Shown here: positions 25,801-38,500 of the stretch, piece by piece
How the letters are laid out: each line of letters opens with the position of its first letter
How positions within the stretch are numbered: position 1 is the first letter of the stretch
From: Pecten maximus
Taxonomy: Eukaryota
Reading direction: 5' to 3'
DNA: 64,000 nucleotides
Assembly (NCBI RefSeq): GCF_902652985.1
Contig: NC_047021.1
Coordinates: 9,672,001 to 9,736,000 of the forward strand
The notes under the pieces: generated by a model
Told to the model about the DNA's origin: nothing
The model's database searches: none
The model's input: only the letters and a program-made list of their open reading frames with translations
Made by a program: the position numbers and the translations under genes

Positions 25801-28800
25801 AAGATAAATACAGCCCTGGTAAAGATAAATACTGCCTCGGTAAAGATAAATACCACCTCTGTAAAGATAAATACCACCTTAGTAAAGATAAATACCGCCT
25901 CTGTAAAGATAAATACCACCTCAGTAAAGATAAATACCACCTCCATAAAGATAAATACCACCTCAGTAAAGATAAATACCACCTCCATAAAGATAAATAC
26001 CACCTCAGTAAAGATAAATACCGCCTCGGTAAAGATAAATACTGCCTCAGTAAAGATAAATACTGCCCTGGTAAAGATAAATACCACCTTTGTAAATATG
26101 AGTACCACCTCTGCAAAGATAAATACCTCCTCGGCTAAGATGAATACAGCCTTTAATTATGATAAATACCTCCTCAGCTAAGATAAATCACGCCTTGGCA
26201 AAGATAAATACCACCTTGGTAAAGATATATCAACCACAACTCTGCATTGATTATAATAATAGCAGAGCATGTATGTGTGCTTATTATGTTGAATTATATG
26301 TATTCGATTGCTATTCATGAATACACGTACATCTTAATAATTTCCATTCACATGTTTATCTAAAATGTAAATCTATGAGGTTTTTATACTCACTTTGCAA
26401 TACCCAAATCTCCAACTTTGATATTCAGACATTCTGTCAAGAACAGATTTTTGGTCTTTAAATCTCTGTGCAAAATTTTTTTCTCATGAATGTACTGTAA
26501 TGAAAAACATACCATATACATGTATATATAATTGTATAAATAATTGACATCAAACATTGTAAAAACATAAGTGAAACATAAATATGTACCAGGTATGTAT
26601 GTCACCTTTCTAATCTGAGAATATTGTTTCACAATTTGTTTAAGTTTGTGTTTGTTTCAATTGCCAGATTATACTCCTACACTAGTTCCTTTAATTTCAC
26701 AATCCTAATTAACCTAAATTTCAAGCAGGGAAATCATTTTTATTTTTTATTTTTTTTTTAGCATTTTCAGTCATTCATCATTTTCATCTTTAGTTACATT
26801 GCATTTGAAACTTTTTCACTGTTAAATTATGTAATGATAAACAAAATGAGAATAGCTAGATCTGACAAGGAAATATTACTGTAACATACACCAGTCATTT
26901 AACATGTAAATTAGAGATGAGACTGTATATTGGTCGTTCAATCTGCATAAGTATCACAGAAACACATCTAAATTCAAAACATTTCCCCATGTGTACACAT
27001 GTATCTACATATAGAGCTCAACTGTCTGAAGAACAACAATGATGATAATAATACTGATAATCTTTATATAATTATTCAAACTTAATTACATATTGAGTCA
27101 AAGACTCATCTCCCATGTGGTCAAGCATATTTGATAATATACATATGTACACAAGAACAAAATTATTATCTCCTATAAGGTTTTCAATACTGATTTCCTT
27201 CAGCAATGACTTTGTGAAAACTAGAAAATGTCAGCTACGTAAGACATGAATGCCCTTAAGCTTGCTCCTATGCAACGAACTTGATGTTATCATTATAAAA
27301 TAAGGGTATTTTTAAACAATGATTTGGAACAAGATAGCACATTGTGTCCTATCCAGAAGGGGTCGAATGTGACCTTGGCCTTTCAGCCTTGACTGACAAC
27401 CACCAGAATGTATTTAGGTGTAGGACTGTTGTTATGACATCATAGTGTTATATTGAGGGTTGTCAAGAGATCTAGAGATACATCATTGATTCAGAGCGGT
27501 ATATAGAGCCCAATGTACACATCTAGTCGAGACAGAACAGATATAACACCATGGACATGGTTAACACTATGTATGCCCCCCATCACCCTCCTCTCCATTT
27601 ATTAGGAATTGTATTGGTAAATGCTTTTAATTAGCTTCCTTTCAGTGTTTTATATATAATAATGAAGTTATTAAAAAAAGAAAAAAAAAGAAAAAAAAGG
27701 TTTTAGAGAGAGCCAAATAACACTCCTTTCAGAAACTGACTAACCAGTACAATAATTGTCCTCAAATCAATTAAAACACAGACCTGTAGCCCAGATATAA
27801 CCTGGTGAATCCACAAAATGATGTGTTGTTCTGCAAGTTGTCTCCCCTTCCTTTCTCGTAAGTAGTCCTCCAAGTCTCCCCCTTCACAAAACTCCGTAAC
27901 AATGTTGAGTGTATCCTCATCTTCAAAAGACTCAATGTACTTGAGAACGTTCACATGATTCAGTTTGGATAAAATCTCTGCCTCCCTTCTTGCTTGTACA
28001 CATTCTTCTTCATTACCTTGGAAGTCTATCCTTTTCAGTGCATACTGAAAAAATTATATTATCAATATGTGATCATGTATGTGTAACATAAATAAATATG
28101 CATGTACACTGATTTTCTTCTACAATAACAACAGATCTCATAGGTATGTGTGCAGGTGTTGCTACGCTTGGACATTTTTACTGCTGTAGGAGGTGGAAAA
28201 GATGTTAGTTTTATTTTTTCAAATAGGTATGCAGGTATAGAAGTTGTCATATTCCAACTGTAAAATTTCTCTGTGGGAGTTCAAAATTTTAACCTGCAGA
28301 AAAATAAACGTATATTTGACAAAATAATTTGTATAAACCTATTTTGGCAAACTAATACCTTAAAACTATATATTAATGCTGCTCTTTCTGATGGACTATT
28401 TTTTTTTTTTCAAGTATCAAAAAGGTTTATTGAGTGATAATTTTTTTAAAATCTACAGTAACAAAAAGTGTGCTGCAGGGTGGAAAAATATATGTTCATT
28501 GAATGCCATACATCCTTTTCCAGGGAAACACGACTTCGTACCAGGATCATGATGTACATAATCCAAGTTTCAAAGAGATCGGTTGAAAAATGTAGGAAAT
28601 TGATGGACAGAAATAAAATACTGAAATAAACGCAGGGATATATCTTTTGCAAATATCATTGAATCAAAATTATTTTTTGGGGAAACAACAACATATCATG
28701 ATTATAAAGCCTACCAAGTTTCATACCATAGTACAGTACTCCCATAAAATTTGATGCGCATAATTATAAAAGCAAGTTTGCAAGTTTGGATTGAACAAGA

Positions 28801-30149
28801 AACTGTGAAATATAAATAAATGTCACAAAATTACGAAAACTGTAGATAATTATAATGAAACAGTATATTGATCATGATAACATAGCAATATATGAACCAA
28901 TTAGAATACTGTTAACTTTTTAAGTTAATTTGCTGTGTAGGCCAAGGATGGTTTTGAAATTTAAATATTATTTATATATAATCATAATCTCATATATAAT
29001 CACCCCCATTCATGTTTGTAGACAGCACACTGCGGCCACCATGCTATGAGAAAAAGTAGGACTTAACTCATAATTTTGTTTTATATTTGGGTTTATATTA
29101 ATATTTCAAACATATGGTTACATGCATGCACTTTTAATAATCATAAGTAAGAGTTTTTCTTTAATGATTTTTTCAAATGGATAATCCACATAATTTAGGA
29201 TTTCATTTGATTTTTTGTTGTTGTTTTTTTAGGACAAAAAAGCAAAAAGACTCACTTATGCTCTTATGGCAACCATAAACCTCAATTTACTATCTAAATT
29301 AACAAAGATATGTTATTTAATTTGTGGAAATTCTTACAGATCTAGCTAGATCAAATTACTAATGTCAACATGATCCTGATTGCATCATAACAGTTTTGCT
29401 TAATTGTATTATCAAAACAGTATGAAACATTTGTGTCCATTAATATAAAATCAGCAATGAAATTGTGATCCAAGCAGACAACAAGTGAACAGTGTACAAC
29501 ACACACACGTACACTTGCTGCATAAAAACTGTCATCCAGTGTCACTGACAGTGATCAAACTTTTAGTTTCGGGTGCCCAATCCTCTATATTTAGTTGGTC
29601 TAATTATAAATTGACAGGAGGTACATATTGTTGCATGTATTCCAACTAATTTTACTTTTGACCTCAGTAAAAATATTTTGAGGCTGCAGATCATGACAAA
29701 AATGAATTTATAACTTTTAGGATTCAAATGTCACCAAAAATTGTTCTTAAAGGTACAGAACACTCTAGGTAGAACATTTGCAACTTGTGCGGAATATCCC
29801 TTAAATAAAGGCCTGATATTTATATTTTCAAATAATGAGTTTTTTTTCTTTTTGGTACTTTATAACTGTTATGTATCTATTTAACAATGAGTAATATAAA
29901 AAGTGGGCAGAGCGGAGACTTGATTTACACCATTATCTGCTGTTTAAATATCTAGATTCTGCATGTACAGGTCTATATTTAACATTATAATTTTAGCCTA
30001 TATATGACATGACTAGATCTTATAAATATATTTCTGACTGATTGTTACAGTACCCGTTCATCGTTAAGTTCGTTCCTGATGAGAAATACAGATCCATACG
30101 CTCCTTTCCCCAGTGATCTTTCATATTGGATTGCACATTGGTCATCCAT
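10888..30149 (-). CDS. NEK4: NEK4-like NIMA-related Ser/Thr kinase, 15 coding exons, ~773 aa
   Basis: complement(join(10888..10989,11740..11824,14759..14819,15033..15115,15483..15577,15977..16006,16278..16336,16635..16704,17310..18263,19212..19331,20724..20831,25000..25096,26394..26494,27784..28044,30054..30149)) = 2322 nt, all GT-AG with matching phases. Motifs: LGKGAYGSV, YALKRI, REAEILSKLNH, EFCEGGDL, HRDLKTKNLFL, KVGDLGIAK (DLG as in NEK4), GTLTYMSPE, ADIWSFGC, DPKQRPSA. The C-terminus LRGEIINDLGKDVLDKCLDL...LQDLIGPRKYEEYKMHLFLLRMFE resembles the NEK4 C-terminal helical region. The small linker exons (especially 15977-16006) are less certain, and this may be a lineage-specific paralogue rather than the 1:1 orthologue. 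Confidence 0.85.
11185..11706. mobile_element. Possible non-autonomous element with internal hairpins, in the last NEK intron
   Basis: Short hairpin gggtgagat-tttctt-atctcaccc (~11188-11212) and a long imperfect inverted repeat, caccttttttgggatgaaatagcgggatctcaaccc (~11551) vs gggttgagtttcccctatatcaccccaaaaggggtg (~11659-11694). Family not determinable. Confidence 0.4.
12080..14760. repeat. 21-bp minisatellite (tgtaatcccactayctacccc), ~120 copies, filling NEK intron 13
   Basis: Period-21 array with occasional shorter variants. Degenerate copies run up to the exon-13 donor at 14758. Confidence 0.97.
17700..18015 (-). repeat. Coding tandem repeat (mostly 42 bp/14 aa, YDDTMRVNRTYTGD-like, 7-8 copies) inside NEK exon 7
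   Basis: Seen directly in ORF 17295-18236, which is in frame with the flanking kinase exons. Confidence 0.9.
18482..19216. repeat. 34-bp minisatellite (with longer variants) in NEK intron 6, starting at the donor site
   Basis: Plus-strand unit tacctgtattcagtcaataacacactgagttgtg, ~18 copies. The exon-proximal unit overlaps the exon 6 end (tacctgta at 19209-19216). Confidence 0.95.
20910..25016. repeat. 30/36-bp minisatellite, ~130 copies, filling NEK intron 4
   Basis: Plus-strand unit ttcataccttgtggttgtatggtttaactg; the 36-bp variant adds ~aagatg. The exon-proximal unit is the exon 4 end plus its donor. Confidence 0.97.
25630..26235. repeat. 21-bp minisatellite (agtaaagataaataccacctc) in NEK intron 3
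   Basis: ~28 copies with degenerate edges. Mid-intron, not matching either splice junction. Confidence 0.93.
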
Positions 30150-30672
30150 TTTCCTCCATATTAACCCGGAAGGTTGTATAAAAGAAAAACCGCCTGGAGC
30201 CCCTTTTGTTTTTTTGTTATCGAAGTCGAAATGACACCTCACATTCAATAAACATCCGGTCTGGAAACGACATCACGCACCTGCTTGAATCACTTGAATA
30301 ATGTCATTTCAAGTAAGCGTCTTTCTCACCAAGACATCGATGTTTTGATGACAATATCATGTGATTAGACGACTTGAATGCTAAGCTCCACAATGGCCAA
30401 ATACGCTTAAAGTATTGTATATATTCTCATAACAATGAAGAAATGGAATAAGAAGATGAAAACACGCCATTGTGTTTATTATTTAACTTCCAATTTGCGG
30501 TACACGTAGATGAGCTGGATTTCGTATTGAAGCTGTCGTGTCACGTTACCTTAAAGCTCAGTGGATGATATCAACTTAAAGCTCAGTAGGCACACCTTTT
30601 AGCGACTAACCTAGTCTGGAAGCTTGGGTATCCGTCTGATGTAAAGTCACCTTGGATACATAAGCAAACACA
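30150..30672. promoter_or_regulatory. Probable bidirectional promoter/5' UTR region shared by NEK4-like and SLC37A3
   Basis: Divergent ATGs at 30149 (-) and 30673 (+), 523 bp apart. Richer in CpG than its flanks. ETS-like ccggaag at ~30166. Confidence 0.6.
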
Positions 30673-33600
30673 ATGGCGTGGACAGTTTACCACGGGATTA
30701 CCTTTGTCCTTACATTTATGAGGTAGGAAAACTTGATTGCTTTTCTTTGGTTATGGATACGCGTGAAGATACCAGAACTCAAGTCATGGTTTTATATATG
30801 TCAGTCTTAAGTGAACGTGATGATGGGTTTTCACAAGATCATATTTTCAAATTTTGAAAAATCAAAAATGGTATCAAATATAAATTATATAATTCTGTTT
30901 TTCTCTTAATAAGAAATTATTGTGTAAAGTGGTACAGTAATGATTGAATTAGGCAGTCGTGTATTAGATAGTCTAAACCATGTCAATGTAATTATTTATC
31001 TAACAAAAAAAATGTGTTGTTCCACTTAAAATGTTCTTAGGATTAATCCCTCATAAAATACTAAGGCTATAGCTTCAATATTGCACATTTTGCATGCCAT
31101 GTTAAATTATGAATTAAATAAAAAATAATTTCTTTTATATAATTATCAGAATTTTATATATGGATGAATTAGGAAATCAAGATACCTATAATGTAGCAGT
31201 TTTCAGTAGCTTAGTTAAGTACCAGGTAAGGTAATGCCATCTAAATGTCATAACTTTAATTTCATAGATTTTTAAAATTTATTTTGTTTTACAGTTATGC
31301 ATTTTTCCATGCAACCAGAAAGACTTTCAGCAATGTGAAAACGACAGTTTCCGAAGAATGGACTCCATCTCCGTACAATGAGACACAATGTAACAATGAA
31401 ACCTGTCGACCATATGATGTAAGCTCCTTAAGCTAAACGTCACCACACAGTGGTTTAAGTTTTAGTTAAATTGTTTTCCAAGTATGATGATTTATAGCCC
31501 TACAGCATGAGCAACTGGATTTTTTTCTTGTGAGATTTCACATCTACTCCACAAAAGTCTGTCTTCTTTCGGAAATTCCTCCGTGACCTGTCTAGATCTT
31601 CTACAATAAACATTTTTCTCACCTCCATGACCAGTCTCCTCATCTCGGTGACCTTTCACCTACATTTTACTTGTCTCTCAACTGTTTGCCATGTAATTTA
31701 TACTAAATTTTACTTCATAAAGTTGACTCACATTATCATGTGTGCCTCATTTGTTTCAGGTATGGAATTCCCATGATCTTTTTAAAAAACAAGGAGAAGA
31801 TACAGAATTTCTGGGAGTTTTGGATGCTGCCTTCATGATCTCCTATGCTGTTGTATGTTATTATATAAATATTACTATAAGAAAGAAAAAAATGCATCAA
31901 TGCAAATAAATATAAAAAGTCCTGATATTTCAAATGATCACATCAAATACCTGCTTATTGTGTTGATGTTATATCACTGCAAATGTAGTGGCTTTAGATC
32001 TATATATATCAGACTAAGGTTTGGAAGCTTTGAAGTCTCAACTTCCAAATAAATATTTATATATGGTTAGAAGGACTTTTTCATGTGACTTTGTCTTGTG
32101 AAACGTTCAAACACATATATAAGTCACTGTATAAGTACTTTTTTTTTGTTCCAGGGTCTTTATATCAGTGGCATGCTCGGAGACAGGTATGTACTTTCAG
32201 TATTTGGTTTCTATAAAAAATAACTTATTAATATTCATATAAATATTATATACCTGGTATGTAAGTTGTTTAGCCTTAAAGGCTAATACTTTATCAAGAG
32301 CAAAATATTATTATCCAGTTTTGGTATAAAGTAGCTTTAACTTTTTACAGACTCCTGGATTGTTGATAATTACTTGTTTCAACCATTCACTTTTATAGTC
32401 AGGGGAAAATTAAAATTACAAATGATAGCATACAACTAGTATACTAGTTTGTAGCCATCCGTACATTATCATATTGGATTATTGGTGTCTTTGCCATGCA
32501 TAAACATACTGACCATGGATAAATATTATATATTATGTAAGTTTTTTTTTAACATTTAAAAAAAATTGTCCCAGAATACCGGTAAAATATATGAAAAGAT
32601 GAATTGTATATGATAATGATATTTGCATTGTTGAACATAATTTAATATGCTTATTATATTCAAAATATTTTCAGAATACATGTAATTTCAATGAATGCAA
32701 GCTATTTTCTGTACATTAAGTTGATTTCATTTCAAAGGTTCAATTTGAGGCTGGTGCTATCCTTTGGAATGTGTACATCTGCAATTTGTGTGAGTTTTGC
32801 TTCAAAATTTAATGTGTAATCTTTTGTTTTGTATTCTTTTTTTTTATTAGAATACATTTGTATTTTGTTTTTATTATCTTACTGGTCCAAGGAGTCAATG
32901 GAGCTATGTATTCATGTGATATACTGACTTTACAGAAAGTTTCAGAGTTTATCTTTGGAGTCCCAGTCAAATATATATATAGTTTAAACTGAAATACCCA
33001 AGGTAATTTGGTCTTGAATTATTTACGGATAGAGTAGATTTCATGTTTTTGAATTGGGTTTTGACATGTCTGAAGACAGTGGGGCCTAACATGGGAAGGA
33101 TATACTCATTGATAAATCATTAGGACAGAGTGTGATCCCTTTAGGAACAAATAGAAAAAGGTACTACAATGTTTAAACTCCATCTCTGTGACTGAATAGA
33201 TTTTGAGTCAGGACTGTCTTTGTGTAAAGGCCTAGGAGATATGGTAAAGGATGGTACAGCATCCCTTTGGTAGCCAGAGGACAGAGTGGGGAAAGAAAGT
33301 AGGTTATAATCCTATTAATTACATGCCTGAAATGTGAAGATGCTAAGTTGTAGTACAGAGTATGTGGTAATTTGATGTCTCCCCTCTTTCAGGTCTTCGT
33401 CTTTGGGTGTCTGTTTGAGTGGATACATTTCTACAACAAGTACATGTATGTGTTGTTATGGATCCTTAACGGCCTACTACAGTCTACAGGGTGGCCCACA
33501 GTAGTTGCTGTGATGGGAAACTGGTTTGGAAGGTCAAGGTTAGTGTCAAAGGTCGTCAATATTATTTGAATAAACTATGCTTGCTTTCTTGGAGTGCTTT

Positions 33601-35527
33601 TACTGCAGTTGATTCCATTTTTATTTTCATTAAAAAACGTTTTTGTACTGACAGTCGAGGATTCGTTCTTGGTTTGTGGAGTGCCTGTGCCTCGGTCGGT
33701 AACATCATCGGTGCTCTAATGGTGTCCTCAGTGTTGAACTATGGCTATGATGTAAGTAGTTCTTTTTATATATTAAATACAGCTGTTTGTGTATAAGTTT
33801 TAAATTCAATTCTGTATTCAATCACAAATATCTTAATATATTTAGGTCAACTGACCATAGTTTTTTTCATAATTGTTATAACCTTCATGAATAGAACAAG
33901 CACATGATAAAGCCTGTATAATATATAATGTGTGATGGTATAATATACAAGTTTTCTTTTCTTTTTACAGTATGCATTCCTTGTTCCGTCCTCAGTCTTA
34001 TTTGCAGGAGGTATCCTCAATTTCTTCGCATTAGTGCCTTCCCCAAAAGATGTTGGTATGTTTTCAATTTCAGAATAATTCATTATTTCATGATTTAAAT
34101 ACCCCCAACTTTAATCTTTATTTCAGAACAAAAAGAAACCCTGCGCAAATAACACAAGTCTTTTTATGGTATACAAAATACTGTAATAGTTAATTTTACT
34201 GTAATTTCAATGGTAAAATATGCTGATATGAATTCAGATACCTTTGTTTTTAAACTAAATCTTTTGCCTCTATAAGATTTTGTTGAGATAAGGACATGCA
34301 TTTGTTCATTTAAAACCAAAACAATGAATCATTTTTGATATCTTGAATCATTAACTTTCCTTTAGGCTTACCAATGGCTGATGAAGACCAACAAAAATCA
34401 GCTGATCTAACTGAGGAAGAGTATGATAGTACAGGCAGTGTAAATACTGGTCAGGTGGAATCTGGTAAGTCACTTAGTACTACACAACACTAATAGTTAC
34501 TGACTTAAAGATAACTAAAGTTACTGTAGTAAAGGCAGTGTAATACTAAGTGGAATCAGGTAAATCACTTGGAAAACACAACACCCATTTCCATTTTAGT
34601 TAATATTGAGATAACTTCTTACTACTAACAGTTTTAGTTGTTACCCTGATTTGGTATAAAATCCACTTGACTAAAGGAACTCAAAGTTGTATGTTATAAA
34701 ATGGGTATGACAATACAAAAATAAAACTTTGTTAGTGCTAGGGGATTCACAATAAAGGGAGGTAATATAGAAACGTTATAATAACCGAGTGCACAAATTA
34801 CACAAGTTTTTACTGTATATATTATGAATTTTAAAAGTTTCTTAGTGCAGGTTTTTTCAGTTCTGCTATTTGAAAGCTTTATTCTGCTTTATCTTTAAGA
34901 TATTCTTATTGTGTTACTGTGTTTTATCTTTAAAATGTTCTAAATACTAGATATTAATATTACTGACTGCTTACACTATGAATTGTCAGTGTTTAACACA
35001 TAGTTATTGTTTGACTCTAGATCTGTTCTAACATTTGTGATACATGTATTTTCTATTGTGTAAATTGATTAGTACAAATTTTGCTCATCTGTAATTGGAC
35101 AATTTGACTAAGAATTGACTGAGATTAGCCTGTTCAAAATTTCTGCTTTCATTGACAGCTATGTTGAAGAAGTGTCACAATGTTATCAATCAGATGTCCA
35201 ACATTTACAGACAAAGTTTTTAACTGCTTTCAGACCTCAGATATTTGCATGGGTCCCAAACCGATTCTGAAGGTACAAGTTATTCCTGGTATACTGTTGT
35301 ATTGGCAGGTCCCTGCTGCTGGCTAATAACTTTATGCTTGCTTCAGATTGGTTTTATGGTGCACATTTATCATTTTTATCAATTATCATTTTTATCAATT
35401 ATCATTTTTATCAATTATCATTTTTATTAAGATAAAAAAATCCAAAACTGAAAAAGTGAAAAAAGAAATTGAAAAAAACACTGGTTTGATTATATACAAT
35501 TTTTTAACAAGTTCATACTTAATAATA

Positions 35528-35566
<39 letters not shown>

Positions 35567-38500
35567 ACCATCAGTATAAATACTAACATATACAATAGAC
35601 TGCCCTGTAGTAAGTCCCCTCCTGTCAGTATAAATACTAATACAATAGACTGCCCTGTAGTAAGTCCCCTCCTATCAGTATAAATACTAACATATACAAT
35701 AGGCTGTCCTGTAGTAAGTCCCCTCCTATCAGTATAAATACTAACATATACAATAGACTGCCCTGTAGTAAGTCCCTCCTATCAGTATAAATACTAATAC
35801 AATAGACTGTCCTGTAGTAAGTCCCTCCTATCAGTATAAATACTAATACAATAGACTGTCCTGTAGTAAGTCCCCTCCTATCAGTATAAATACTAATACA
35901 CAATAGACTGTCCTGTAGTTAGTCCCCTCCTATCAGTATAAATACTAATACAATAGACTGTCCTGTAGTAAGTCCCCTCCTATCAGTATAAATACTAACA
36001 TATACAATAGACTGTCCTGTAGTAAGTCCCCTCCTATCAGTATAAATACTAACATATACAATAGACTGTCCTGTAGTAAGTCCCCCCTATCAGTATAAAT
36101 ACTAACATATACAATAGACTGCCCTGTAGTAAGTCCCCTCCTATCAGTATAAATACTAACATATACAATAGACTGTCCTGTAGTAAGTCCCCTCCTATCA
36201 GTATAAATACTAACATATACAATAGACTGTCCTGTAGTAAGTCCCCCTCCTATCAGTATAAATACTAATACAATAGACTGTCCTGTAGTAAGTCCCCTCC
36301 TATCAGTATAAATACTAATACAATAGACTGTCCTGTAGTAAGTCCTCTCCTATCAGTATAAATACTAATACAATAGACTGTCCTGTAGTAAGTCCCCTCC
36401 TATCAGTATAAATACGAATACAATAGACTGTCCTAAGTAGTAAATCCCCTCCTATTAGTATAAATACTAACTAATACATTAGACTGCCCAGTAATATGCC
36501 CACCCCCTTAACATGGAGTCAGATATTGTGTTCCCCTGTGGTGTTGTTCCAAGATAGATATGGTATGCTGCATGATGGAGCATGACAAACCATTGAATTC
36601 TAATAGTGCCTGTTTTTGTGCTTATATTTTTTTTCCGTATAATTTGACAAGGTAGAGAATCAGAGTAATTATATTGCATGGTGTAAGCATGGCGCTAATC
36701 TCCCTTTGATTTACATGTATATACAAGGACAGCTGCCACCGACTTTCATATCTAAAGACTTAGCTTACCAATATTTCTTTAACTCTATTGTATTAGACAG
36801 ATTTTACCCTCAAAGATACCCACAACACATTCATGGTTACAGTTAGTAGTTATTGACAGTAACACAATACTTCCTGTTTTAATTTCCTTTGTTAATTGTT
36901 ATTGACAGTAACACACAACCTCATGTTTTAATTTTCTTTGTTTCCAATCTGTTTATCCCCTGTCTCTAGGTAAAAGACAATTAACACCCTGTACATGTGC
37001 CGACCAGCTTGTTAAAGCATGAGGTTGAGGGAGGCTTTATTTACTCTTACTACTAAACAAATTAAAATTTTAAAATGTACTAGATACACAGTAAAATGTT
37101 AGTTAATTGCTAAATAATGGAAAACTTCTTTCATGTTGTCTGTAAATATACCTGTGTTTATGGTTAGTTGCTTAAAATATACATGTAAGCTGTATGATAT
37201 CTTGGCGAGGGTCAAGAAAGGGAAGAGCCACTTTCTTCCAAAAATACAAATACACTGTAAGCCATGAAAAATCATATTCTTTTCAAATTAGTGAAATTTT
37301 ACACTCAATAACATCCCTGGTTGTTGGGCTGTACTGTTTCGTTTATGAAAAAAGGAAAAAAAGAATAAAATCAAGAACTTTCTAGCAATGATAATTAAAC
37401 ACAATAATAGTTATTGATTCTTTCATCCCCAGAACCTCTGTTAGGCTCTAATAACAGGATCAGTAGAGTCGACACTGAGAAGGCGGTGACTTTACGAGAG
37501 GCGGCGTGTCTACCTGGAGTAGCTCTGGTACGTACTGTGGTCTTACACAATAAGAGGTAATAAGGGTAAGCTTTGGTAGGGAAAAAACAGAAAATGGAAG
37601 ATTACCCTGGGAAAATGCTGGAGGAATAATTCTATTGCTGCTTTTTATTTAAAAATTTCTGAGCATATTTTTGATACATTGATACATTTTTGATACATTG
37701 TATATTTAATGGGATTAATTTCTTTTGATAAAAATGTTCATTTTTCAGTTTCTGTAATAAAAAAATTACATTGATTTTTAATGTGGTGCATAACATCACC
37801 AGTGTTCCAGCTAGGTCGGGTTAGAAGGGCGCGGCGCCCTGCCCCTAATTCAAAGTTAGAAATGCGCCCCGCCCCTTTTCCTGTAGTAGGCCTACTGCCC
37901 TTTTTCGATATTAGTGTCATTCAGATGCTCATTTTGCCTCGTATACTCTAGATCAGATTTGCTGAAGCCATGCAATATACAGTCAGTCAGTCACTAATTG
38001 GCCACCTGTAACACTAGTCCCCTTACCTGTGTTAGACCCTTATCCACGGTACTGATGGACACTGCCCGCGGCAGAGATCGGTTAGCTTGGGATCGAGCTG
38101 GTGTTTTAATAGATTCATTTAACCGTGACGAGTCGATAGGATCGGTTGGTAATCCAATTAAATCATAATCACGAAGGCTTTTTGAAGATGGACAAAGTAA
38201 TGATAATGGATGGAAATGTTGTTTTACTTATGTAAACAACTTTTGACAAGACCGAAAAGAGCCGCACATTTGTCGTAAAGTTATCCCATGAGCATGTGTG
38301 CATTGGCGATCGATCTATATATCTTTGAAATTTTCTTCACATGACAACACGAATTCACCTAAATCCAACCATTGATTTGCTCAATCTATAAAACATCATC
38401 AGCTTGGTCCGCCTCTCACGGGGTGATTTCCTCCTATCCATGAACACCCCAAAGGTGGACAGTTGACAGTAATTAGCTAGATATTAATTCAGATAATAAA

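Noticed and set aside
25608-26181. 166-181 aa ORFs on both strands
   Set aside because: 21-bp intronic minisatellite. Also checked for donor/acceptor anchoring and found none, so it is a counter-example to the donor pattern.
19700-27600. Additional decayed HINE-like fragments (~19705-20005, ~25205-25550, ~27220-27590)
   Set aside because: Only faint terminal and gaca-type motifs are visible, too degraded to call without a repeat library.
35567-36490. 50/54-bp unit as another donor-derived repeat (cagtataaatact...gtaagtc vs exon 9 end cagtgtaaatact...gtaagtc)
   Set aside because: Only two short patches match, the spacing differs, and the array is >1 kb from that donor. Not distinguishable from chance by eye.
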